A DNA stretch of 64,000 nt, taken from assembly GCA_965645245.1 (NCBI GenBank), contig OZ287081.1:1302001-1366000 (forward strand), read 5' to 3'. The notes beneath the pieces were generated by a model. The model saw only the letters and a program-made list of their open reading frames with translations, was not told the origin of the DNA and did not search any database. This DNA is from Massalongia carnosa (Eukaryota). Made by a program: the position numbers and the translations under genes. Shown piece after piece: positions 12,839 through 24,234 of this stretch (position 1 is the stretch's first letter; each line of letters opens with the position of its first letter).

Positions 12839-15400
12839 ATGCCTCCAAGGACTGTAAAGTCTCTAACGGTTGGCCTCTTCAGCGATGGCGACTCAACCCA
12901 CCGTCCATCTGGAATCTCGTATCAGCAGATTGATCCACAGGTATACCTCCAACGACTAGCTTCGAAATGGATGGCAGAATATCGGGGAGGCGCGCTTCCA
13001 GGTGAGTTTGGTAAAAGAAGACTTCTAGATTTCTTGGTTTGCATAAGCTTGAAGAGATTTCATTCTGAGGCGTTTTGTTTTTCTGCCAACTTAGTTATAT
13101 GTTTATCTATTATGTTATCACCTATGTGTTTTTTCTTGCTATTTTGTCTAACTGGGTACTCGTATATTTCTACTCGTCGGCTTGAAGATATCATTGATAC
13201 TGCAACTATCTTGATTTGCACTTGACCGGTTGCTTCCTTTGAGAACCGCGTTCGTGAATGATGTCGAAGTTGTTATGGGAAGTGTTATTGTAGCGTTGAA
13301 GGTATTATATAATTTCGTTCACTGCTACATTTGCGCGTACTAACAAGTCCCATGACAACACACATAAGTACCCCCTCCCAATCAACCTTTCCAGAACACC
13401 ATCCACTTTTCTACGTCTACTATATATAAAATATCCTAAACTATATATACTAACAACCCCTGTTCTTTAGGTGTAAGTTACACCTTTGATCAGCTCCCTG
13501 ATGGCTACACGCTGTACCAGCGTCCGCGGGTGAAAACCCCAAACCATGTTCGTGATCTTTCAAGGCTTTATGCCAGCCATGTTCTACATTAGAAGCTAAT
13601 ATAATCTAAATACAGTTTGACAAGGATCTGTTTGGGCACCCAAGCCATCAAGTCTTCGATTCAGCGAATCGATTCTTTCCTCACTTCTGCCATTTAATGC
13701 TCCATCAGGCCGGCGACTTGTGCCTATGTGAGTTGTGCGGGGGAAAAGGGAAGGAGTTGGGGCCTAAGGGCCCAATGGCTCGTTTCATTCGGGCGGCTCC
13801 CCCGTTTGGCAAAGGGCCCACAGACGAGGAAGGCTCGCCTCTACCTCTCTCTTTTTTGCTAGGCCTTCTCCGGAAGGAAGGCAGGATTGATCGGAAGATC
13901 GAAGAGAATCAGAGTATGGTGTGCATGAACGATCCTTAATTTTCTAGTGACAGAGCTAAAAATCGATAGGACTGGCGCGCCAATAGGGCGTTGGCTCTGG
14001 AGATACTAACCCTTGCGGACGCACAGCCTTCTTTCGTTCCTCGGGTGGGAGAGATGGTTTTGTGGTGTGCTGACAAGGGTAAGGAGATACGTCAAGAGTT
14101 CTCCTCCGCACAGTACAAATATGTCGATCCTGCCACAAAAGCACTCACTAGCCATCCTGATTGGATGGGGGGCATAGTTACCCAAGCTCCGCTTATGAAG
14201 CGAGCCATTGAGTTTAAGGATATCCTGGGGGCTTCTAACAAGCAATACTCCCTCAACTATTGTGGCTTCCGGATCGAGTGGTACCATGGACCAAACGCGA
14301 ACGAGAGGCACGTTTCGAAACGTTACAGCTATGTGCCAATGAATCGCATCAGACCAATGGGGTTTTGGAAGGAACTAACATTCGGCATGCTTGAGAGGAA
14401 TCTCCACTTCACCGTGAGGAACTGCCTGACGGCCATGTCAACGTTTTCGCCCATCGAAAGATACCGCTTCAAAGGACAGTGGCCTTCCGCGAGCGTGTAT
14501 GCTACTGGTTGTTATTTGGGCGCCGAATCGATCTTTGCCGGTGATATAGTCCGTCTCAGCCCAGAGGGAGGGGGTTACGCCGCCGACGTTCTCAAGGTGA
14601 CGGACATAGTCCTCAATTTTGATGACCTTGAGTCGTCAGCTGATTCGCCGCCGTCTTTGTCAGCCTGCGAATACATAACTTTGACTTTCCATGGATATGG
14701 ATTTACGCTCGATCGAAAACGTTCCATTACCGGCCGCATCATCGACGGAATTGACCTGCCCGGCCCCATGCGCAACTATAATCTACCTTGGTTCTATATA
14801 ACCACCGCAAGCGATCCCATCAAGGTAGATTACACGCGAGTCATTGGACGGCTTTACGAGGGAAAAGCGATGGAAAAGTGGGGGCCCAAGTTTCGAAGCA
14901 CCATGATAGATATGGGTAGGGAAGGTGTGCAGCAAGCCCGTCGTTATGCTTCCCAGAAAGACTCCCGTCTGGCTGGAGCCGGCAATTCCATCTACTTTTC
15001 CGACAATCGCGCAGAAGCTCTCAACCTTGATACATTCAACGGAATCGACGTCGGTGCTCGCGACCCGAATCGTGATCCAAAGTTGTGGCGTAGCGTTTTA
15101 GCCGTTGTGGACGGAGTCAGGGATAAAATTGGTGTGCAGGCGTCGGCTGCTTCGCGAGCGCTAGAGGATGCAGAGCCGGGCAACACGTTTGGGTTTAGTC
15201 TGATCAGTAAAAGGAATAGTGGGATGACGACGATTGTTGATCCAGATGCCCAGGACGTGGGGGGAAGCGGAGATGCACGGAGTGGTGATGTACGAGTGGA
15301 TGACGACGATATGGATAAAAGGGGAGATTGGCGAATGGAAGATGATGGGGACATGAATGAGACTGAGGAGGAAGAGAGCGATAGTCAAGATGATATCTGA
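12839..15400 (+). CDS. clr2: Cryptic loci regulator 2 (Clr2)-like transcriptional silencing protein
   Basis: Exons 12839-13001, 13471-13547, 13616-13919 and ~13970-15400. N-terminal SDGD...LPDGYTLYQRPR...DKDLFGHPS..FDSANRFFPH...CLCELC; then FVPRVGEMVLW, GFRIE, SKRYSYVPM..IRP and GCYLGAESIFAGDIVRL, as in the Clr2 family. Confidence 0.85.
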
Positions 15401-15571
15401 AGCTTGGGAAAAAGCAGAGATGCGCATCAAGACTTGAAGTTTGAACTTCCATGGCATTTGTTGTCATTCTCTATCTTCAGATATGGGACTCTTAAGTTGA
15501 TAACCTTTCGATTTGGTCACTCACCTCCAACCATCAACAAAGGGTGATTCTACCTACAGTTATCTTCCTAG

Positions 15572-16561
15572 GTTTTCCCTTTTAGGCCACCGACTCCTGA
15601 TCTTACCGAACAATACTCTCAATTCCACAACCTTCCGATTCTTCACCTACTTACTTTAAGTCATCAACAAAAGGGCGATGCTACGATCACAGCTCCCTTC
15701 ATGAATCATTCATTCACTATGTACGTCTCTCGATACGAGCACCTATCAATCTTTACGATTACTTATATCATGAACAAAAAGGTTGTTTAATGGGCACATC
15801 ACCGGATACATGTGCCTGGATGGATCAAGGCCTTTCTAAACACAACGAAACGTTGGCTACTTTCCTTGTTGGTCAATGTGTTCTTCTTTCCATAGATTTT
15901 CGACCTCGCCTCTGATACCTCTACTCGATTTAAGGATTTACCAACATTTTTTAATACCTACATTCTATTAGCATCGGAAGAGTTTTTGTGTCGATACAGC
16001 ATTCCAGAGGCTCTCACTCCCTAGGCTTAGGCTATAAACTTCTTTTACAGACAAGGCTTATATCTTACTCTAGCGGCCAGTTCAATGGAGGATGGCGATT
16101 TTATTCATCAAAACGGGTTCAGCTTTACCGATATCTCATCTCAACCAAAGACCCTCCAACAACCTCTTCTTCAACTCTCATTACTGGAAGAATGCCCCCA
16201 AGGTCGCAGCATTCTGGGGTTTCTTTTACCAAGGTTGGACAAGCAACTTCATTTGCAGACAATGTATTGGTTTCTGGCGTTGATGGTTAATGGATGTTGG
16301 CAAGTTTTCTCTTCGTCGTGTTTCCAACCACCAAAAGCCTCGGCCCGAGTAATGGACTTTGCAGTCTTCTTGCCTATTTCCTTTCTTCATCGACCGAATA
16401 TCTTTCCGGCAACAACATTCAGCAACTTCTATTCTCTGGACCAGACGAAGATAATATTTCTCATGCATCAGAGACGTAATTGCACCCTGGCTTCATTCAA
16501 TTTTACCCAGGAAAGATGTTCCAAACCCTATCCAAGCCTCGCGAGTGCCGCATCACACTAA
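15572..16561 (+). pseudogene. Relic reading frame of unknown origin with RIP-type stops
   Basis: One frame of ~330 codons has only four internal stops (TAA 15788; TAG 15893, 16022, 16028). It ends in the 158-aa ORF 16085-16561. No family recognised. Confidence 0.35.
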
Positions 16562-17190
16562 CAGCGTTTTGCCTTATGCCAAGCTAAATAGCATAGCCTA
16601 AGCCCGAGTTTATGGATCACTCCTTGGTTTCATTTTCCCGGAGATTTTTTTTTGGTCGTGAACAGAAGCCATTAATAGCTGGATGCATGGAGCAGGGGTT
16701 AGTAATCTGTATGGTGTAGGCGTTGTGTTAGGAAAGCTATCAGCCAGTCACGGGCGTTTGTCCACACCTATCAGCAAGTCCAGCATCGGGCCCGTGTACT
16801 TATCTCCCTCAGTTCGATATCCATTTCTTTTCTTTCCTTTTCTTTACTCTAGCTTAGTAATGATACCATATTGCGTTCTTCCATCTGAAAATTTCCCCTG
16901 ATGACGCCATGTATGGAACTTCCTAATAGCCAACCAGCTATATTCCGTAGGTAATCCCTAGTTAATCAGTAAGTTTCCGTTGTTATATCCGCCCTTTTAT
17001 TACGTTACACTCACTCCATACATATCCCCAGTTTTTACGCTCCATACTCATACACACATACATACCCACCTTCCTTCCTCCCTCCCTCCCGCATCCAGTC
17101 CACCAGAGTTTATCTTGTTAGATGTTAGATGATAAGGCCACCATCAACATGGGCATCCATCATGAGCCTCGGGAGGTGCCTTGCAAAGTG

Positions 17191-17279
17191 CCTAAACAAG
17201 CAGATATGGGAGTCAAGGTCTGACCGTCAGGGTACCTAAACAAGCAGATATGGGGGGACAAGGTCTGACCGTTTAGGCT
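17191..17279. repeat. Two-copy ~44-nt direct repeat
   Basis: CCTAAACAAGCAGATATGGG(AGT/GGGA)CAAGGTCTGACCGT occurs at 17191 and 17235. Confidence 0.9.
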
Positions 17280-18385
17280 CCTAGATGTGACTGTTTTGTG
17301 ACTGCTGTATAAAGCAGACAAATAGCCCACATAGATAATCACCTTCAATGACAATCATGCTATTATACCTACACGTGAATCTATAATTTCATATATCTCC
17401 GGCGTACCTACGTACGTATCTACCTACAGTACCTTCCTTTCATAGGTAGGTGGTATACATACATGCTCCTCGCAGGCCGGTTCAGCGGCTAGTTATTCGT
17501 CCATCGAGCTGTCTGTCTATCCTTTTCAAACGGAAAAGGGTTAGAACAAAAACAAGAACAAGGAAGATAAAAGGAAGTCACCTAGATACATACCTATGTA
17601 TACTATACAGGGAAGTCTTTCGGTTAGTTCCGCCTTGTTTCCTTGCCTGTGTTTTCCCTAGTGGGAAAAAGGGGGGGGGGGGGGGGGTTTTAACTAAACT
17701 AAACCCCCTCAAAAAGGGAGAAGAAAACGAATATAAACTAAACCAAACCAAACCAAACCAAAGAAGCAAGCGGATCTGAAGATATAATAACGTACATCCA
17801 TCCATCAACAACTAACTTCTCTCCTTACTCGTAATCTATCCCCCTCTCAAGACTATGCATCCAACACAGCATTACGTTCAGACAACGGAAAGAAGAAGAA
17901 AACAATCTCCTCCTCCAAAGCCGCCATTTCCTATGGATGTATGCATTGAAAAATTGCAATCTTTTCTTGTGTAAATAAAGTCGCCGAAGATTTTCCATCC
18001 CATTCCCATCCTATTTATTCCGTTATTATTGGACGCTAAAACCCTCTGTTCGAGGTCCCCCCCCCAAACATGACTCCATAGAGATCCAAAAAAGGAGTTA
18101 AAACATTCCACGCCATCGGAGAATCAGAGAGAAAGATATCATTACTTTTGCCGAAAACGCCCGCTTAGCGTCCACTCCAAACCCCATCCCGTCTAAATTC
18201 ACTCCAAATTCAGTCGAGCCCGCTCTAGCGCCAGGTGTCTACCTTGAGAAACCCTTTTTCATCATCCCGGTAGGTCCATCACCAACGAGATTCCAAATGT
18301 TTAGTCTCCTACGCCTCCATCGGGTCAGGAAACACCCTCACGTCCAAATATCCTCATCCTCACCCCTTTCCCCTGACCCTCCCTT

Positions 18386-21300
18386 CTAATGATGCCTTTC
18401 GTGCATATAAACAACGGCGGTCCATCCGGCACAACACCATGTTGTCATGGGATGCGCACACCACGGGCACTGTACCATGGTATCTAGCCTAGCCTCTTTC
18501 ACGCCACTTAAGCCTCCCGTAACCCCGTCCCTGCTCCCACCCACGCTTCCGTTCCCGCTCCCGCTAGCACTTCCAGCGCTCCCGCCTGCGGCTGCGGCTC
18601 CACCTTCGTCACAATCCCGGCGGCTAAGCTTGTGCGGCGCCGCCATGAGCTTATATATATTGCTTGGCAAGTCGTGCCAAAAATTGCATTTACAGCAGAT
18701 TACAAACAGCTTGGCGGTAGGCCTAGTGTCAAGCCCCTCGGTAACGCTGCCCTTGCCAAAACTGACAGGGCCCATGGTACGACGTCGGGTATTGACCCCA
18801 GGGCGGAGGAGGGAAGTGTCGGCCGGAGGGCGAAGGGGAGATCGTGGCATGATTTTAAGGTCAGGGGCACTGGTGAAGGAGGGGAGTTGAGGGTCGCTGG
18901 TGGACGCGAAGGCGGTGGAGGGAACCGGGAATTGGGAGGACGCTAGAAACGGTGTTTTGTCGGGAGTGGTAATGAATTTAGGGCGTACGGGAGAGGTTCG
19001 TTTAGGCTTGATGAGAGGCTGATGCTTGAGTTGAGGGAGGAAGTCAAGAGAAGGCATTGCCGGTGAAACGGTTGTTGTAAGCATCTGCGGGTTTGAGCGA
19101 GGGCGCGTGATTGATGTTTTGTGAACCAAGCCTTCGCCGTTCACACCTTCAACAATGAGTTCCTGTGGAGTTTTCGAGAGGGTCTTGATATCGGCGGGAG
19201 GGCTACGAGGCCCCTGAGGGGTATTCTTCTTGGAACTGGCCGGTTCAGGTTGACGACTACGCTCCCCCTTCGTGTCTAATCCGGTAGCACCGGGATCCAA
19301 CGAAGTCTGCTTCGGCGTTACAGTAAGAACTGGAGCGGTGGAAGACCTAGGGATTTTTTTCGAGATTAAAACGTTTTCATGAAGCAGCTGGGAGGATGAG
19401 GTTCGTGTTCTCGAGTGGGTCTGAAGCGTTGGCCTCTCGGGAATATCTTCTTTTTGTGTCTTTTCGTTAATGTGCTGTGGACTTCTGGGAAGGATCTTGT
19501 TCGCGCTTGCAGGCATCAGCTCTTCCAACATACGTTCTACCTTTAATGCTTTCTGAGAGGGCAGGGCAGGGCGCGGGGTGAGGGGATATTGCAAGCTCAG
19601 CGTAGGTTTGCTTCGATTCTCTGCTGGTACGATGGAGTTAGAGGTCGGAATCTTTGGCTGCTTTGATTTCTTCTGAAAAGGGCGGAACCCGAAGATCTTG
19701 TCCGATCGTGAGACTTGGGGGGATTGAGCAGGACTAGCGACCATTGAGTGTCTTGAATCTTTCATGAAAGCATGGTGCTGTTCGGATTGCTCTTGTGAGG
19801 AATCTCTATCCTCAACTCTTCCTTCCGAGTCAATCGACGTTTGTGGGGTCTGCTGCTTGGACGATTTGATGGAAGGAGATCGAGTGGAAGTAACCGACGG
19901 TCCCTCCGTAGTCTCCTCTGTATCCTGCGAATCCTCTTGCACCATCTTCTCGTTGGCATTCTTCACAGCTAGCTCGTCTTGATAACCGGCAATTGAAAGC
20001 TGCTGTTGGTACATGCGTTGTTTGTGAACATAGCTACTTCCGTCCTTATGTGGTTGAACCTGCGGAACCGGAGCGCCGTTTTCTTCGTGTATCTTGCCTA
20101 TTTGGAGAAATTCGTCTGACATAAACTTCCCTGTAGGCTGCATCCTTATGTCTTCGAAATTCTCTCTGCCACTCGTAACAAGGTGCTGATGCTTGCCATG
20201 ATGATCAATCTGTTTTTCTGAAGAAATGCTGCCTTGGCTATCCCTTTGTATCAGCAGCGGGGGTGGCGTGTATATTCCTACTAAACGAGTTTCTGTAGCA
20301 CTTAGAATTTTAGGGGCGGTTTGGCTCAGGGTATAGGAGCGAGGTGTCGGCGGCAGAGCAGGAGCAGGTTGCGACGAGATCTGACGTTGATTGTGGTTAG
20401 TGATGGTGGAATCTGCAGTGTCCTTTGAGTTGGATGACGCTTCTAAACTATAGGCAAACTTAACCAGATCCTTTTCATATGCTTCACCGCTTCCCGAAGA
20501 TGTTCTATTAGTTCCAGAAGAAGACCGGCGGGAGCGCCAGCCAAAACCAAGAAGCTTCGGGAGCTGAGGTGGAGCAACACTTACGATGTTAGTGTTGTTT
20601 CCTCGAGAATCTGATTGTAGTTCTGTGCTGGTACTTGGTGTCGACTGCGACCGGTGTTTTCCCCTGGACCCTATGGACAGACGTGAAAACCTTCCTTCCT
20701 CTCGCGAAGATCTTCTTGACTCCTCATGGGAGGACGGTTGTGACGACGCCAAAGAGTTCCCTGAATTTCTCCGGAGTCCGTGCGACATCTTTTGCGTATC
20801 CATTGCGGCGGGCGGTTTCTTGCTGAGCCGCTTGCCAGCCAAATCGGCACCATTCTGTGGGTCTAGGCTGCTTTTCTGCTGTCGCTCATGCTCTCTCTTT
20901 TCTCTCTCTAGCCTCTTTTTCTCCTTCCTCTTTTTGCCTCCCCCAAAATCAGACCAGCTGGGCGATAGACATATTTCAGCGGCGCCATCGATGTTGCCAT
21001 CATCTGTCGCGCCAGTGATTGAAGGAGGCTTATTCATGCTGGAGGTCTGTGGGACTAGTAACAACGTAGGAGCAGGTAGCCTTCGCTTTAGAGTGGGAGG
21101 TTGATGAGAGCTAAGTGCAGTTTGTGGAGATGTAGGTGTCCCGCGAGGACCCGAGTCTGGGGGAGAAGGTTCAATTGCTGCAGGCGCATAAGTCGAATGC
21201 GCAGAGGTAACTCGATGCTGCTAATTAGATTTTAGTCCACCTGATCCCCAAAAGACATCTCGGCAAGCAAATTTCGTAGTTCTCTCCTCCCCACAGCAGA

Positions 21301-21459
21301 TTATGGTTATAGCGGAAGCGCTGAGTGAGCCTGAAAATGTTGAATAAACTTTTTGGAAGGCCTCACCTTGCTTTGCTTTTCCAACTGAAGCATCCGAGAG
21401 AGTATGTTCCCGGACGAGAAGCGGTGGGGTGCTGGGGGTCTCTCGTCTGGAGTAGGCAT
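18386..21459 (-). CDS. Large Ser/Pro-rich uncharacterised protein with a C-terminal Cys cluster (putative zinc-binding)
   Basis: The 892-aa ORF stays open upstream to an acceptor at 21221. Exon 1 21367-21459 (MPTPDERPP...QSK) joins in phase 0 via a GTGAGG donor. The C-terminus reads FVICCKCNFWHDLP...VQCPWCAHPMTTWCCAGWTAVVYMHERHH. Confidence 0.8.
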
Positions 21460-21979
21460 ATCGAAACGGTTGGCAAGAAAGGCAGATGCGGCAGACAGGA
21501 GAAGGTTTCTCGCAATAATCTTTTCGGCTTGAGGGTTCAAAAGAATGACGGAGGGCAAAATGACCCAATGGATTAACGAACGATCAACACAACGCTCAAC
21601 CTCGAGGTTGATCTGAGACTGCTGCAGGGCGCACTCTGTGTTGGTGGGGGCATTGGATGCTGGTTATCACTTTTTCAATGCTTGCGATATCGGGTGGCCG
21701 CAGATGTATGACGGGTGCGTGATTTGGGAAGGAGGGGAGTAATCGAGGGCGTATCCACAACGAACGTATGAATGAAGAGAATGGCGAAAGAATGTCTTGA
21801 AGTTTTTTTTTTCTCGGGGCCAGTGAAAAATGCAAGGTAAGGTGTCCCAATTAACGAAGGATTGGACAACCTGTCAAATGGTTTGGCGTCGAAAGCAAAA
21901 GGTCAAATAGGATCAGGAATATCCGAAAGTCAGTTGGTACGCCGTAAGTACTCTGTACAGAATTCAGCGTACAGGTGGG

Positions 21980-22082
21980 GTAACAAGCAGGTAACAAGCA
22001 GGTAACAAGCAGGTAACAAGCAGGTAACAAGCAGGTAACAAGCAGGTAACAAGCAGGTAACAAGCAGGTAACAAGCAGGTAA
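21980..22082. repeat. Perfect 11-nt minisatellite (GTAACAAGCAG)x9
   Basis: Nine identical units plus a partial GTAA, with no spacers. Confidence 0.97.
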
Positions 22083-23296
22083 TAATACTCCGGACCTCCG
22101 TATGAGTGAAACAGCCGCAGCGCAAGAAGAGAAAAGGGAAAGGTGAGTGGATCTTCGCTACCTTGTCGTCCGAATTGGGATTCCAAGACGGAGGTTGTGC
22201 GTGCTGGTGCACCATTCACCATTCGCGAAGGCATCGCCAAAGCGCGGCCTCCAACCTTGCATCGGAGAATCGCAACTGTCGGAATCGATGGGCACTTGCA
22301 AGCTGAGTTGTGCAGTTTTGCCCATGATCTACCTATGAAATGAGAGGCCAGAGGTCACCGTAACCACAAGTAACATAATACAGGACTACTGTATCTCGTA
22401 TAGGCATCGATTGTTCCGTATTGAGACGCAATATAGGGATAGATGCGCCAATCGATTGTCACGGATGCACGCCAGAATGAAGATTTTCAAGGAAAACAAC
22501 GATCTGCTATCTCTAGTCGCAAAGTTATAGATAGATGCTACCAACGGGACCTAATTGCCCAAGCTATCCACGCTTAACCTAGATGGAGCGAATGCGAACA
22601 TTAGTTTATCGGCCATGTGAGGCGTTGCTTGAATCTTTGAGTCAAGTGACCAACAAATCATCCAAAAAGCCAAAGATATCGTCAATCATCCATCCAATTC
22701 AGGCGTTTTGTACTCGACAGGACTTTTGGCTCTACGTGACGCTGTTATGATCAACGTCGAAGACTAAGGATTCCTTGACTTCCATTCAGGCGATCTCTGG
22801 TTAAACGTCTGGAAAAGTCTAAGGGAATCCCACCAATAACGTGACGTGGAGCAAGCCACGATCCAAAGAAACACATCCGTCGGATAATGCAGCCGAATCT
22901 TTATCATACCGGAAAACAATTACAGAATACGGAGTACTCCGTACGGAGTACAGAGCACCTACCTCTGGACACGCAATCTCTTTCCGAACCCTTCGCCTCA
23001 GGAATGCGTATACTACCCTGTATAGCATTAGGTACGATGATTACCAACCGGCCTTGCATTGCAGACCGTATGCGAGGATCGCGTCTTATAATTTAGGAAG
23101 AGCCATGCAGTGAATCGTTCATGGCAGAATATGGACTACGGAGTATGTAGATGGGAGGAAGGATGCACAAACTCTGGAATCATCTAATCATTAGCACACC
23201 GTCACGGGATAACAACAACGGTGTAGCTTTCGTGGCGTCAAAGTACACCGGCACGCGGTCGTCAAAAAAAAACTCAACGTGCAAGCGAGAATACCC

Positions 23297-24025
23297 TATC
23301 ACGTGCCCATCAAAACACCAAATTCACCCCTAATCTCCTTTTTTTCACTTACATCATTGCATTGTCTCTCTGAAATTTGCAACTAATTACCAGTCATCGC
23401 ATCCTCCGCAACTATTCCCTCCTGAAGCCTTCTAGACATATCAAGCACCCGTTCATTGATAAATTCCTGACTGACACTGACCCACCCCTCACGAATCAAC
23501 GCTTCCAATAAGGCATCATCCCAATGAGGATACTTTCGTACGTGCTGGTTTATGAGAAGTCAGCAGTTCTCAATAGAAGATAAGTTAGACGATGAAGCGC
23601 AGTTGAAATAGTGTTCCAATTGATGCTTCTGTTTTCACGTTTTGACCGCGTTTCTCGTCTTATCCGTGTCATGACCTGAATTACCGTCTTCTTTTAAAAC
23701 AAAGTCATCGTTACGATTCAATCAGAACTGCACAACGAACTCTAGTATAAAATCTATATAAACCTGATGCGTCATCTTGTCATTGCTGTTGCCCGATACG
23801 TCATAAAAGTAGATATCTGAGTTAAAGTTGAAGCCTACCGCCGCCCATGCATGCTTGCGTTTTCTATCTTTTTCAGACGATACATCGCGATGTTGAATGC
23901 AGTCCCATCTATATCGTGTTCCGAACTGTTTAATGATTCGTAATTGATCCTCAGAATCATATCCGAAGTGCACTTCGTCACTGAATCGTACGCGATGCCA
24001 GTCTTCAGGCTTTCAATATCTATTA
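23297..24025 (-). mobile_element. 5'-truncated, RIP-mutated Tc1/mariner (DDE) DNA transposon fragment
   Basis: Minus frame: KPEDWHRVRFSDEVHFG...HAWAAVGFNF...KMTHQVYIDFILE...F*LNRNDDFVLKEDGNSGH...T*KQKH..YFNCASSSNLSSIENC*...QEFINERV..M..RL. The FSDE, 'EDG.SGH' and degenerate SPDLxPIEN motifs are visible, and expected Trp codons appear as TGA. The terminus near 23297 is tentative. Confidence 0.88.
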
Positions 24026-24234
24026 TACATCAAAAAAGCATGCTAATACCTTGCATTCAAATGGGTTATTCGAACTCTAAGGACCTTACCGCGATATTGA
24101 AGCAACCGAGGTTACCATCCAAAGCACGACGGCATATCTAAGTGCAGCTCAAGTCTACCTATATCCCAGCCTCGTCTAGCATCCTACATCCTGTACTCTG
24201 TATGCTTCCAGTTCCAAGCCGCACCTCCAAGTCC

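Noticed and set aside
12251..16910. Hammerhead ribozyme cores at CTGATGA (12251, 16899; also 43962)
   Set aside because: No correctly placed stem II, GAAA and flanking helices found by eye.
17671..17761. G17 run and (AAACC)n as a functional element
   Set aside because: Simple-sequence slippage in an intergenic region rich in such runs; no further structure seen.
21980..22082. CRISPR-like array
   Set aside because: Units are contiguous 11-mers with no spacers, there are no cas genes, and the context is eukaryotic.
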